From Raja brachyura (lineage: Eukaryota), in assembly GCA_963514005.1 (NCBI GenBank), contig OY740804.1, positions 5,208,001-5,272,000 on the forward strand: a stretch of 64,000 nt of DNA, given 5' to 3'. The notes under the pieces are model-generated. The model was not told the origin of the DNA, did not search any database, and saw only the letters and a list, made by a program, of their open reading frames with translations. Positions 1 to 13,283 of this stretch are shown piece after piece. The position numbers and the translations under genes were made by a program. Within the stretch, counting starts at the first letter, position 1. Each line of letters begins with the position of its first letter.

Positions 1-104
1 TCATGAAACTTAGTTTAGAAATACAAAATGTAAACAGGCCCTTTGGCCCAACGAGTCTACACTGACCGTTGATCAACCGTTCATATTAGTTCTCCCGGAG
101 ACGC

Positions 105-392
105 ACTTTTCACCCGGAGAGTTGTGAATCTGTGGAATTCTCTGCCATCGAAGGCAGCGAACGCCAATTCACTGGATGTATTCAAGAGAGAGTTAGATTT
201 AGCTCTTAGGGTTAAGGAATCAGGGGATATGGGGAAATAGCTGGAACGGGGTACTGATGTCACTGAACCTTAATTGGTGCATGTGACAATAAATGTGAAC
301 TTGAACTTGATTGTGGATGATCAGCCTTGATCATATTGAATGGCTCAAAGAGCCGAATGGCCTCATCCTGCACCTATTGTCTATGTTTCGAT
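105..392 (+). mobile_element. CR1 3'-end fragment, one of many in the window (e.g. ~11590-11960, ~23500-23860, ~44740-44975, ~51296-51530)
   Basis: gtgaatctgtggaattctctgcc...gccgaatggcct...ctatgttt matches the 3' end of the 25.7-27.1 kb CR1. Confidence 0.8.
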
Positions 393-399
393 GTTTGGA

Positions 400-1235
400 G
401 TGGCAGCTGCGGCTCGCCTGCAGTCCGTCTGTTTTTTCTTTTTTTGTTGTTGTCTTGTCCTGTTTTAGCATGTTAATTTGAGTTATTATGTTGTGTATGT
501 GTGTGGGAGGGGTGGGAGAAACGTTTTTAGTCTCTTCCTTCGGGGGGACGCGACTTTTCTTGTCGTATCCCCCGTCTCCGTCTCCGTCTGCGCTGAGGCC
601 TAATGGCGGAGCTGGTAGCTTCCAACTGCGACCGACCTCGAGGCTCCGGAGGCTGAGCCAGCCAGGACTTACCAGCTCGAAGCTGGCCGACTTCGGGGCC
701 GCGGCGGGTTCAGGCATTCCGGCGTTCCGGCGGCCCGACTCGGAGCTGTGGCAGCTTTCCGTTGCCGGCGGCAGCAACTTCGGAGGCCCGGCCGCGGGCC
801 CAGTGGACGACATCATCGGGAGCTCACAGGTCACAGGTTGGTGACCTGTTTTTCCGGTCCACCCGTGGCAACAGCTGAGTGGGCTGGACTGGAGGGCGGC
901 AGCTTCGGCAGCTTCAACCGCCCCAGGCCGCGGAGTTGAACCGGCCCGTTCGCAGAGCACGGTTCAGCCACGGGACTTACTTACATCACCCGGTGGGGTC
1001 ACAACATCGGAGGCCTGGGTCGCCTCAGCGCAGAGGAAGAACAAGAAGGGAAGAGACAAAGATTTTGCCTTCCATCACAGTGAGGAGGTGTCTGGTGAAC
1101 TCACTGTGCTGCATGTTAAATTTGTGTTTATTGTGTGTTTTGTTATTTTATTACATGTATGACTGCAAGGCAACGAAATTTCGTTCAGACCGAAAGGTCT
1201 GAATGACAATAAAGTTTCCACGATTCCATGATATA
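400..1235 (+). mobile_element. GC-rich non-coding repeat with a LINE-type 3' end, putative non-autonomous retroelement
   Basis: Ends in hairpin TTCAGACC-GAAA-GGTCTGAA followed by tgacaataaa and a short-repeat tail, like the Rex1 3' ends in this window. No RT coding sequence. Confidence 0.5.
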
Positions 1236-1907
1236 CTGGTCAGTACATGTATCCCTATACCTAAGCACTTGGATACATCTTAGATAAGCATCTCAGATAC
1301 AGTGCAAGTGTATATATAGCACTGGTACACAGAGACAGTGTGCAGAGTTAGCTCCCATACATGCCTGGAAAACCATGGAAAACCATGAAAACATGCAAAC
1401 ATGAAAAACGATGAAATGCAACAAAATGTGTCTGTTCTCCTTCTGTTAGACGGACAAGAGCAATGAGAATTGCCAGCGGAAATGAGTTTTGCTTAAATAT
1501 TTAAAGTTGTTTGGATGGTGAGTAATCAATAATTGCATTCAATCAACCCCCCCCCCCCCACTCCTCACTCGCACATTTTGTGCCCCCCACTCCCCACGTC
1601 TCTTCCAGTTTAATAACCAGAGGCTTTTTCACGGGGTAGCACGGTGGCGCAGCGGTAGAGTTGCTGCATGAAGGACGTTGCAATTGTAACAACTTCTCTT
1701 TCCACATGCGTTGTGAAGCTCGATTGAATACCGATGGTGGCGTCAATGGTGGGCTGAGAGACGTTGTTGTTTCGCTCTGCTCCCAAAGACTGTTTTAATG
1801 AGCTAAAATATGAAGACGGAAGAGTTATAAAAATAACTACCGGAGCTGTTATTTAATTGTGTGTTATCAGAAGTCCTGCTGATAACAGAGAATAACGGCA
1901 GTTTTAA

Positions 1908-2951
1908 ATGAAAAAGACTAAAACCCGCCAGAAGCCTTCGAAAGCTGCTACAAGATCTGCACAAACTTATCTGAAAAAATCTGGAAAGACTCCTCAATCC
2001 CCGCAAGCATCAGCTGGAAGTTCAGAAGAAGAAACTGACTTTGAAAACCCTTCTACAGAAATGACTTCAATGGAGGAACAACTGGTAAAGTCAGTAACAG
2101 CTTTAGTCACTGAAAACATCTCTAAAGTGATACGAGAGGGGAATGTTGCGCTGGAAAAAAGACTTTCCAAAAGCCTCTCTGAAAAAATTAAACAAGGTAA
2201 TGATAAGCTGATGGGGAAAATTGACGACTTAGCCAAACGTGTGGTCGAGATTGAGGAGGACTTAAACAATAAAATTAAGCGGGTTGATAAGAACTGGAAT
2301 AAAAAGCTGGACGCGATGTCAAAGTCCACTGAAGCGGCGATAGAAGGAATGGATAATTCGTTAACTGAGATGGCTAAGGAGATAAAGAGACTAAAAAAGG
2401 AACAAGAAAGTACTGGGAGGGAGCTTGCTAAAATGAAGTATAAATGTATGGACCTGGAAGCAAGATCGGGGAGACAAAACTTGAGGATAGTTGGAGTAAA
2501 AGAAGGAATGGAGAGTGGACAAAACTTTCAGGAGTTTGCTGCCAACTTACTCAAACAAGTACTTAAGCTGCCTGAAGCCCCGAGAATAGATATGGTTCAC
2601 TGGGTCCAACGTAAGGCTCAAGCAAGCTCAAATGGCCCCCCAAGACAGATTATTATGAAATTCTATGATATTTCAACCCTGGAAGGAATTATGAAAAAGA
2701 TCCCATATGGAGTGAATTTGATGTTTGGAGAAGACAAACTAAGATTCTTCCGTGATTTTCCAGCTGAAGTCATGGAAAAGAGGGACCAGTTTACAAACAC
2801 GAGAAGGCTACTGAAGGAGGTCGAGGGAGTAAGATATAGGATAGTATATCCCGCGAAATTGAGAATTACTTATAACTCTGTCGAACGTGCATTCATGGAT
2901 CCAGTAGAGGCATTTAAATATGCACAAAGTATCACACAGGAGGCCTACTGA
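1908..2951 (+). CDS. L1-A ORF1p (coiled coil + RRM + CTD)
   Basis: Motifs DLEARSGRQNLRIVGVKEG, FRDFP, YPAKLRITY. Confidence 0.9.
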   Translation: MKKTKTRQKPSKAATRSAQTYLKKSGKTPQSPQASAGSSEEETDFENPSTEMTSMEEQLVKSVTALVTENISKVIREGNVALEKRLSKSLSEKIKQGNDKLMGKIDDLAKRVVEIEEDLNNKIKRVDKNWNKKLDAMSKSTEAAIEGMDNSLTEMAKEIKRLKKEQESTGRELAKMKYKCMDLEARSGRQNLRIVGVKEGMESGQNFQEFAANLLKQVLKLPEAPRIDMVHWVQRKAQASSNGPPRQIIMKFYDISTLEGIMKKIPYGVNLMFGEDKLRFFRDFPAEVMEKRDQFTNTRRLLKEVEGVRYRIVYPAKLRITYNSVERAFMDPVEAFKYAQSITQEAY

Positions 2952-3582
2952 TAATTAGAAGTTGGTCTCCCACAATAACACAGAAGAATTGTGTTTCCCT
3001 TTTTTTTTAACATACAAAAAAGACGGCTCTGGTTCATCATGGCGAATTTTCATCGAAGCGCTGACTAGACATCTTATCTTTGGAATGTTAATTCAAGGTC
3101 GGATTTTAAGTTTCGCTTCAGCAAAGGATTGGAAAAGAAAAACACAGTGGCAGGGAAAATAACTTGAGAATATGGAAAAATATTATCAGTGGACTTGCAG
3201 ATAGAAACTTATGACTTAAGAAACACACAATTATATACTAACATAAAATATAATTAATAAAATGGTGTAATATTAAGACATAGCGTAATAATGGCTGTTG
3301 TTTATTTCATGATGTTAATTACTTGCTAAATATAAGAATAACGAGTTAAATATGATTATAAGTATTAACATACTAATAAATGTTATGGATATAGTAGATT
3401 TAGTTTAAATTGCGAGCAAAGTGGAGGGGAGGAGACTCAGATACTTGGAAGTTATCCATGGGTACTTGGAAGTTATCCGGGCTTTTGTGTCGGACAACAG
3501 CGGGCTCCAAGGTTAACCCCTTGGGGACCACTGTTGTCTGATACAAATGTTTGAGACTTAATTGTAATAGATCTTGGTAACC

Positions 3583-4580
3583 CCGTATTGGTGGAAATGT
3601 GTCAGACTCGATAACAATCAGCACGGGAGCACCTCAGGGCTGCGTGCTCAGCCCCCTGCTGTACTCACTCTATACTCATGACTGCGTAGCCGGTCATAGC
3701 GCGAACTCCATCATCAAGTTCGCTCATGACACCACTATTGTGGGACGTATCACTGATGGGGATGAGTCCGAGTATAGGAGAGAGATCGAGCGACTGTCCA
3801 TATGGTGCCAACACAACAACCTGGTCATCAACACCAGCAAAACCAAGGAACTGATTGTGGACTTTGGAAGGAGTAGGATGGGGACCCACAGTCCTGTTTA
3901 TATCAATGGGTCGATGGTTGAAAGGGTCAAGAGCTTCAAATTCCTGGGCGTGCACATCTGTGAAGATCTTTCCTGGTCCGAGAACACAGATGCAATTATT
4001 AAGAAAGCTCATCAGCGCCTCTACTTCCTGAGAAGATTACGGAGGGTTGGTCTGTCAAAGAGGACTCTCTCTAACTTCTACAGGTGTACAGTAGAGAGCT
4101 TGCTGACTGGTTGCATCGTGGCTTGGTTCGGCAACTTGAGCGCCCTGGAGAGGAAAAGACTCCAAAAAGTGGTAAACACTGCCCAGTCCATCATCGGCTC
4201 TGACCTTCCTTCCATCGAGGGGATTTATCACAGTGGCTGCCTCAAAAAGGCTGGCAGCATCATCAAGGACCCACACCACCCTAGCCACACACTCATCTCC
4301 CTGCTACCTTCGGGTAGAAGGTACAGGAGCCTGAAGACTGCAACAACCCGGTTTAAGAATAGCTACTTCCCCACAGCCATCAGGCTATTAAACCTGGCTC
4401 GGAACTCTAATCATTAATATCCCTCCATCTGTTATTTGCACTTTATTAATTTATTAAGTCATGGGTGTATTTATGTATAGAATTGTAGTCAATGCCTTCT
4501 ATGTTCTGTCGTGCTATGCAAAGAAAGATTTTCATTGTCCTGTCAGGGACACATGACAATAAACTCTTTTGACTCTTTGA
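3583..4580 (+). mobile_element. 5'-truncated Rex1/Babar-clade LINE inserted in the L1-A inter-ORF spacer
   Basis: STGAPQGCVLSPLLYSLYTHDC, catalytic motif degraded to FAHD, KKAHQRLYFLRRL, 3' end gacaataaa plus short-repeat tail. Confidence 0.87.
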
Positions 4581-7500
4581 TAATTAACATAATCACTGTT
4601 ATATCTAAGTATATACTTAATGTTGGAAATTCTCTTTTATTTTGTTTTTTCTCTTTGAAGATACATTTCTAATCTATCTATCGAAGTGTGTTTTATTTTA
4701 TATATTTATATTTTTTAACTTTGTATTGCTCTCTCTTCCAAATAATAATAATTGGTCAAGGGGGCAGAGCAAAACATATAGAAACATCTACGGAAGTCGA
4801 TAAGAATTTTTCTACCACCTGTTGGTGGTTTGTTTTTAGTTATAATATCTTTATTTTTGGATATTATAATTTCACTTTTTGTTTGTTAATTATCTTTTCA
4901 CGATTCTACACTTTCTGGTTTTTTTCAAGGTCTATTCTGAAGGGGAGATGCCAACAAAATCTAATAGCTGGGGATGATCATCCCTCACCTAGAGTAATGA
5001 GGTTCTTGGTTGCACCATATGAAGTAAAGGTATTAACACGACCCATAATGCAAGACAATAAACAAAAGAAAATTGGAGGAATCACGTTCTGCAGTTGGAA
5101 TACAAGGGGCGCTAATGAACCAATTAAAAGGGGTAAGATCTTTGCCCAATTAAAAGCTTTAAATAGTGATGTCATTTTCTTACAAGAGACGCACCTGAAA
5201 TATCAAACACAGATAAGATTGAAGGCAAATTGGATCGGGCACACATACTACTCTTCATTTACTTCTAAATCTAGAGGCACGGCCATTATCATTCGTAAAG
5301 GTATACCATTTAAATTAAAGAATACCATAGCAGATAAAGAGGGGAGGTACGTCATAGTCACGGGAGAAATGTATTCTACTCCACTTACTTTGATAAATAT
5401 TTATGCTCCTAATTTTGACAACCCTTAATTTTTTAGTAAAATTCTGGATACAATTTCAGAACATAACTATCAAAATGTGGTAATAGGGGGAGATTTGAAT
5501 TGTGTTTTAGATCCATATTTGGATAAAGCTACAAAACAAAAAAGGATTAACATAAAATCTAAAACAAGTGAACTCATAAATACATACATGAAAAATACCA
5601 ATATGACAGATGTATGGAGGATCGCTAACCCAGTAGGTAGAGAATATTCATTTTATTCAACAGTACATAAAACATACTCACGTATTGATTATTTCTTAGC
5701 GGACACAATAATTCCATACACATATAATGCTAAATATCACAATAGTATTATTTCTGATCATTCCCCGTTAACTTTCTCTTTAAAATTCGAAGGAATGCCT
5801 GACAAAAAATCGTTTTTGGAGGTTTAACCCCCAAATATTAAACAACTCACAAGGTTGTAGATATTTAAAAGAGCAGATGAAATTCTTCTTTGAGACAAAT
5901 GAAACACCAGGTATTTCACCCTCCTTATTATGGGAAACTTTTAAGGCATTTATAAGAGGAACTAATCTCATATCAAGCTTTCCAAAATAAAAAGAATAAT
6001 ACTGAACAATTACAGCTAGAACAAGAAATTAGACAATTAGATTTAGAAAATGCTAAAGAACCAACTATAGATAAACACAATAAGATAACAATACTAAAAT
6101 ATAAATTAAATAAAATGTTATCGGCCAGAATAATAAGATTATTTCAAATTACAAAACAAGAAAATTTTGAATTTGGTGATAAACCACATAAACTCTTAGC
6201 ACGCCAACTGAAAAAATGGGAAACAGAAAACACAATTACTAAAATTAAATCAGACAAAGGGGAATTACTAACACTACCTAGAGATATAAATGAAAGATTT
6301 GCTCAATATTATCAAAATTTATATACATCGAAAACCTCTGCAAATAATACTCAAATTACAAATTTCTTAGACAATTGTAATCTTCCAAAATTAAATAGGG
6401 TGGAACAAGAGGGATTAGGAGCTCAGATTACACTTCAGGAAATAGAAGAAACAATAAGTTTGTTGAAGAATGGCAAAACGCCAGGACCAGACGGCTTTAG
6501 TGATGAATTCTATAAAAGATTCCATAAGATAATTTCTCCACACTTGCAAGAATTATATATATATGCTTTTAAAGAAAATAAATTACCAGAAACACTAACT
6601 GAGTCAACTATTACACTTATACCAAAAAAGGATAAAGATCTAGAAGACCCAGGCTCATATAGAGCTATTGCACTCCTAAATACAGATCAAAAAATATTAG
6701 CAAAGACACTAGCGAGAAGATTGAGTAAATATATTAGCAAACTAATAAACCCGGATCAAACTGGGTTTATACCAAAGAGATACTCATTTAACAATTTGAG
6801 ACGGCTGTCTAATATAATGTACTCACATAATACTGAAGAAGACCTAGCAATTATCTCATTGGATGCAGAAAAAGCTTTCGATCAAGTAGAATGGCAATAT
6901 TTATTCAAAGTATCGCAAAAATTTAACATGGGAGATAATTTTATCTCATGGGTAAAATTATTATATGATAAGCCAACGGCTAGAATACTGACTAATAATT
7001 TATTATCCCCGAAATTCCAATTGGCAAGGGGCAATAGGCAGGGGTGCGCACTATCACCTCTGCTATTTGCACTAGTGATAGAGCCTTTAGCAGAAAGTAT
7101 AAGAAGTCATCCGAATATTCATGGATACAATACCAAACACTCAAATAATAAAATTTCATTATATGCAGACGACATATTATTATATATTACAAATTCACAA
7201 ATTAGCATACCAAATATACTAAATTTAATAGAGGAATTTGGTTCTTTTTCTGGATATAGAATAAACTGGAACAAAAGCGAAATTATGACGATAAAACCTC
7301 AAGAGCCGCTACATCTGTTGAAATTCCCCTTTAGAATTGCAACAGAAAAATTTAAGTATTTGGGCATCCAAATTACTAGGAAATATAAATCATTACTCAA
7401 CGCAAACTATATGCCTTTAATAACTAAATTAAATGGGTTGATTAAATTCTGGAAAACACTGCCGATGTCCTTAATAGGTAGAATAAATGCGGTAAAAATG

Positions 7501-9339
7501 ATCTTCTTACCACAAATACTGTACCTATTTCAATCAATACCAATATACTTACCTATAAAATTCTTTAAAAAATTAGACTTTGATATTATAAACTTCATAT
7601 GGGATTATAAATCACATAGAATTAAGAAAAACCACTTGTGTAAATCTAAAGAATCAGGGGTCTGACACTCCCTAACTTATTGTATTACTATTGGGCAGTG
7701 ATTATGAAAAATATAATCTACTGATTGGACAGTTCTGCCCAACAGGTAGATTGGATAAGAATGGAGAAAGAGGATTGTTCCCCTTATAATATAGGAGCGA
7801 TCCTTCTTTCCCCGATGAAACTGAACAACATAATATATAAGAAGAATCCAATTATTCACAGTACAATACGAATTTGGAATCAAATAAAATTATCTTTAAA
7901 ATTAAGAAAATTATCGCTTCTTTCTCCAATAACTAATAATCCCTCATTTAATCCATCCATTATTGATAAAACGTTTATCCATTGGGAAAGATTAGGAATT
8001 AAAACAATGGGAGATATGTATGATATGGGAAAACTTTTATCATTCCAACAATTACAACTAAAATATAATTTGAAAAATAATCAATATTTCAAATATCTTC
8101 AAATTCAAGATTATTTGAAGAAATATATACAAGGATATCAAACCTTAACCCCAGATTTATTGGAGGAAGGAATGAATAGAAAGGCAGAATCAAGCAATTT
8201 AATATCTTACTTATATAATATAATTTTAAATATAGAAACGCCAACGACAGAGACAATTAGAAGGGACTGGGAACAAGAGTTATTGATAAAAATTCCTAAC
8301 GATAGATGGGAAAAAAATCTATTATATGTAAATAAATGTTCAATTAATGTAAGACATAACCTAATTCAATTAAAAATTTTACATAGATTATATTATTCTA
8401 AAACTAGACTGAATAAAATATTCCCAAATGTTTCCCCCATCTGTGACAAATGTCTTACTCAAAATGCCACTATAGCACATTCCTTTGTCTCGTGTATAAA
8501 ACTGTATAAATTTTGGAATGAAATTTTTGGAATTTTTACAAAACTATTTAACACAAAATTGAACCCCAATACAGAACTGATTATCTTTGGATCAATGGAA
8601 GATGGAAGTAAACTAACTATATTCCAAGAAACTTTTCTTAATTATGGTCTAATAACAGCAAAAAAATGTATACACAAATTTTGGAAAAAACGCAACTACG
8701 CCAACATTCAAAATGTGGATTTCAAATATGTCTGAAACGCTTCATCTTGAAGAAATGAGATTTCTCCTAATAGGCAAAGTAGACCAATTCTCAAAGACTT
8801 GGTCTCCTTTTATCAACTTTTTGCAAGCATATGGTGCAACATAACATAACCTCAAAAATTATATGGTTTAGAACCGGGTGACGGATGGGCAAAAATACGA
8901 AATAGGTAGATCTCCCCTAATCTCTCTTTTCTTTACTTTCTCCTTCTATTTCAATCTTCTCAGCTTCCCTTATATGCCCTTTATTTCACTTGCTATCTGT
9001 TTCTACTCGCTTTTCTATCTATTCCGACACTCTTTATTTCTTTTTTCTTTCACTGTTCTTTTATTATTAAATCAAAAGTATGAAGTTGTACAAGAATGGA
9101 AATATGTATGTATGTATTAGGTACTCATGTACCACACTATTGTACTTACTTCTAACAAAAATAAACAAAAAAACTAAAAAAAGAGAGTTGAACAGCAGGT
9201 GTCCTGCCTTGGCCGGAGGACGACTAGATTTCGAGGCCCTAAGGTTAAGCTTGTCAAGCTTGTACGTAAATTGAGTTCTGAGTACCCCGTTCTGCTTGCT
9301 CCCCATATCCCATGATTCCATTAGCCCTAAGAGTTATAT

Positions 9340-10053
9340 TAGGATAAAAGCCTCAAATATCCTGATTTTAAATTGTCTGACAACAATCTTAGTGTCTGTA
9401 ATAAGATAAAATATCTAGGGCATATTATTATAGAACAAATGACAGATGATGAGGATATCTATAGGCAACGACGCATGCTGTATATGCAGGCGAATATCCT
9501 CTTGCGTAAATTTGGTGCGTGTGCAGATGTGGTGAAGATGTCGCTATTTAGAGCATACTGCACACCCCTCTACACTGCGCACCTGTGGTCGAACTATTTA
9601 AAGACAAGTATGCAGAGACTAAAGGTGGCGTATAACGATGCAATGAGAACACTGCTAAGGCAACCAAGATGGTGTAGTACCAGTAATATGTTTGTGGCTG
9701 CAGGAGTCAGTACTTTAGAAGCTATCCTAAAACACCACATGTATAAATTCATTTGCAGGATAAATTACTCTAAAAATGTGCTTATTGTGGCCTTGACAAA
9801 CATAAGGGTTAGCACTACACGCTACGAATCCCAGCTGTGGAGACACTGGTATCGTTGTCTCGTTGTACGACATTGATCATCTTTTACTCTGGATTTTTAA
9901 CTTAAGTATTGTGGGTTTTTAAAATATATAAATTATGATGTTTTTATGTGATTTACCATGATTTTATATATATTTATGATATTTGATATGCAATGCATTT
10001 TTAATGTAATGTTGCCCCTTGTCTTGACCTTGTGTCCGTAATAAAGTTATTAA

Positions 10054-10101
<48 letters not shown>

Positions 10102-10123
10102 GATGATGATTATTATTATTATT
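9340..10123 (+). mobile_element. 3' fragment of a non-LTR retrotransposon (RTE-X-like, tentative) with (TAT)n tail, inserted in a CR1 3' remnant
   Basis: ORF 9373-9876 encodes an RT thumb (KYLG...). The flanks rejoin as in the uninterrupted paralog at ~44820-44890. Apparent TSD tatat. Confidence 0.75.
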
Positions 10124-10125
10124 AT
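10053..10125 (+). repeat. (TAT)n/(GAT)n microsatellite, LINE tail
   Basis: Seen directly in the sequence. Confidence 0.95.
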
Positions 10126-11196
10126 ATCTAACTCTCTCTTGACTACATCCAGTAAATTGGCCTCCACTGCCCTCTGTGGCAGAGAATTCTACAGATTCAC
10201 AAATCTGGGTGAAAAGGTTTTCCCTCATCAGACCTACCTCTTATTCAGGTCTCAACCCAAAACATCACCTATCCATGTTTTCCAGAGATGCTGCCTGACC
10301 TGCTGCCTTACTCCAGCACTTTGTGCTTTACTAAAGCTGAATAGCCAGTTGCCTGTGATGCCAGTGGTGACTCAGCAGGTCAGGCAGCATCTGTGGAGAA
10401 CATGGATAGGTGATGTTTCAAGTCAAGACCATGAGGTACTGCCTGACCTACTGAGTTACGCCAGCACTTTGCCCCATTGAACCAAACTTCCCGGCCTGTG
10501 GTGGAAGCTGGATCTGCCACTGATGTTTCAAACTCCACGTCCACCTGGAATAATCATGAGGTGTCTTTTTCACACAAAGGCTGGTGGGTGTATGGATGAA
10601 GCTGCCAGAGGAGGTAGTTGAGGCAGGGACAGTTAGACATGTACATGGATAGGACAGGTTTGAAGGACGTGGACCAAACGTGGACAGGTGGGACTAGTGT
10701 TGCTGAGACATGTTGGCCGGTGTGGGCAAGTTGGGCTGAAGGGCCTGTTTCTACACTGTATCACTCTATGACTCTAACACATGTGAAACTCTGCAGATTC
10801 AGGAGCTGGGGTGGAGACACATCATCAGATCAGTCCAGGTTCGCTCACAAGCCACAAGACAAATGCCTTGAAGGAGAACTCAGAGGCTGGGGAAAGCATG
10901 GTGTGGAGAACAGCTCGAGCAACAGAGTCTGTTGTAAGGCAGCTGGTTTTTCTCAGAAGGGAGAGATTATCACAACTTCTCTAAATGCTAAATTGGACAG
11001 TCACTCTGGTGCTTCCTCATTTGAGACGCCCGCCTGTACCCAATAGCTGGCTTTCACAGGTTTTTTCTTTGAATGTGCTAAGGTTTAGGTTCAACATTTC
11101 CCATTGCTGTGCGTGGAGGGAGTGCCGTGTGTCTTTGATAGACACTAAATGCTGGAGTAACGCAGCGGGTCAGGCGGCATCTCTGGAGAGAAGCAA

Positions 11197-11234
11197 TGGG
11201 TGACGTTTCGGGTCGAGACCCTTCTTCAGACCAA
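11197..11234 (-). ncRNA. Minimal hammerhead motif in gene A intron 1, sense orientation
   Basis: Identical motif on the minus strand. Confidence 0.65.
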
Positions 11235-12211
11235 TAGTCAGGGAGGGAGGAAGTTAAGAGATATGCAAGGGGTAAAGCATTTAGCTGATCTGCTGTCAAA
11301 TCACTGAGAAAGTTCACCTGGAGATAGTTTGCACCAGAATAGTGGAGGAAACTCTCTGGTCTGGGGGCAAGAGTTACCCCTACACCCATAATCAACAAAG
11401 CCAGCTGTCGGGTCATTTTCTACAGGGAGTTAGCTGTGAGCAATTTGGCTGCGCACAGCTACACAACAGTCATTAGTGCAGGAAAGAACAAGTCTGCAAG
11501 CACTTTATCTTTAGCAGCTCGTAGCCCAGTAGTCTGCTCTGTGGCTCAAAATAATTCAAGGTGCCAGTAAATAATTCTGAAGAACAAATCATAAGTTCAT
11601 TAGTACTAGGAGCAGAATTAGGCCATTTGGCCCATCAAGTCTACTCTCCACCATTCAATCATGGCTGATCTACCTTTCCCTCTCAACTCAATCCTCCTGC
11701 CTTCTCCCCAGGACTCCTGACACCAGTACTGATCAAGAATCTATGCATCTCTGCCTTACAAATATTTATTGACGGCCTCCACAGCATTCTGCGGCAATGA
11801 ATTCCACAGTTTCACCACCTTCTGACTAAAGAAATTCCTCTTCATCTCCTTCCAAAAGGAATGTCCTTTAATTCTGAGGCTGCGACCTCTGGTCCTCGAC
11901 TCTCCCACTAGCGGAAACATCCTCACCCCATCCACTCTATCCAGGCCTTTCACTATTCGGTAAGTTTCAGTGAGGCCCACAAGGCAAGCTGTAAGTAGTT
12001 ATCTCCCTTCTCCACAGGGAGCTAGCTGTGTGCAATTTGGCTGCACACAACACGACAACAACCGCTGATGGAAGTCTCTACAGGAACTAACGAGTGTTGA
12101 GCAATTCATCATCAGCTCCCCACACAGTACAGAGAGTCTGTGGTTACAAATAATTCAAGGCGCTGGTAAATAATTCTAAAGAACAGAGCATTTTGTAAAA
12201 CAACGATTTAC

Positions 12212-12308
12212 CTGGTGTGAGACCAACAGCGACAAGAACCAACAGAGCGACTGTTCCCCTGGATCTGGGCCGTTTCTGGTGGGTGAATTCTCCCTGTCCC
12301 ACTGCCAT
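12212..12308 (-). CDS. Gene A exon 1 (signal peptide). No downstream Ig exon is recognisable in the window, so the gene is truncated or continues beyond position 1.
   Basis: Intact leader ending ...VGLTP(G) with donor GTAAAT. Intron-1 homology runs to ~9280, then L1-A follows. Confidence 0.65.
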
Positions 12309-13180
12309 GTCTCGGCTGCGTTGGATCGGTTTGGTCCCTGCACTGCATTTGAGTTGTCCTCTTCCTCATTCACAACAGAAGTCAAGCAGTCAATTTCCGT
12401 TTACTCAGGAAACTACTTTGCAGTGGTTCGAGACTAACTTGGTGACTCACTTGCCACCTCCCCCAGTCTCCTCACCACGGACAATGCACCTATCAGGAGT
12501 ACGCTGCAACGCTCTCCTGTTGCCTGGATTGGTGCATCTCCTCGAAGCTCTGCTTCATCCTGGTGACGTTTGCCCGCTTGACTGGCGCTCTGTCCACCAC
12601 CGCAAACATTCCCTTGCCCACCCCCTCAACCCCCTCCCCCAAATGCGGGCACACTGTGTCCGACCTGTATGGGATTAGGAGGCAGAGATCAGCCATGTTT
12701 GAATGGCGAAGTAGACCAGATGGGCCGAATGGCCAAATTCTACTCTTATCACATGACTCTATGAGAAAAATTCATCCATCTTTTATTACATTGGATTATT
12801 TTAATCACTATTCAATGTGCAGGGTTTTACACGGCAATTCATTTGGTAATAAACTTAAAAGTTCACATTCTTGAGAGCCAGCTTTGAGTTCTAGTCTACG
12901 TACTGCTGTCTTTTGGGTTAATGTCAGGATGTACAGATGTGTCTGCAAATATAGGTACAGAATTCGGCCATTTGCTCCATCGAGTCAACTCCACCATTTA
13001 ATCATGGATGTTCTATCTTTCCCCCTCCATCGCATTCTCCTGCCTTCTCCCCACAACTTTTGTCACCCTGAGTAAACCTGTCATTCGCCAATTTAAAAAT
13101 TTCCATTGACTTGGCCTCCACAGCCGTCTGTGGCAATTAATTCCACAGATTCATCACCCCCTGGCTAAAGAAATTCCTCC

Positions 13181-13283
13181 TCAAGTGGTCAAGTTAGATT
13201 GGACATAGGTGGGGTGTGGTGATGCTGTAGGGTCAAGGTGATGAGATTTGTACATCTCCAACTGGTGAACACCCTCTCTGGCC
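13181..13283 (-). CDS. Gene B cytoplasmic tail exon
   Basis: [34 protein letters not shown], acceptor gcttctcag|. Confidence 0.68.

Larger units (their letters stand above)
1733..9182 (+). mobile_element. L1/Tx1-clade LINE (L1-A), near full length, ORF2 disrupted
   Basis: ORF1 at 1908-2951. ORF2 begins MQDN at 5048 with an APE endonuclease (SWN, LQETH, GGDLN, SDH), RT (PGPDG, QGCALSP, YADD) and a C-terminal Cys/His knuckle. Several stops and frameshifts. AATAAA and A-tail at ~9160-9182. Confidence 0.93.

Noticed and set aside
331-1202. Overlapping 100-209 aa ORFs
   Set aside because: GC-rich repeat, open in several frames, with no recognisable domain
9964-10228. Poly-Ile and poly-Asn ORFs
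   Set aside because: Translation of the (TAT)n microsatellite
12217-12678. Recurrent [15 protein letters not shown]... (also at 24114, 52124, 62105)
   Set aside because: Antisense shadow of the leader exon and promoter; its length varies between copies
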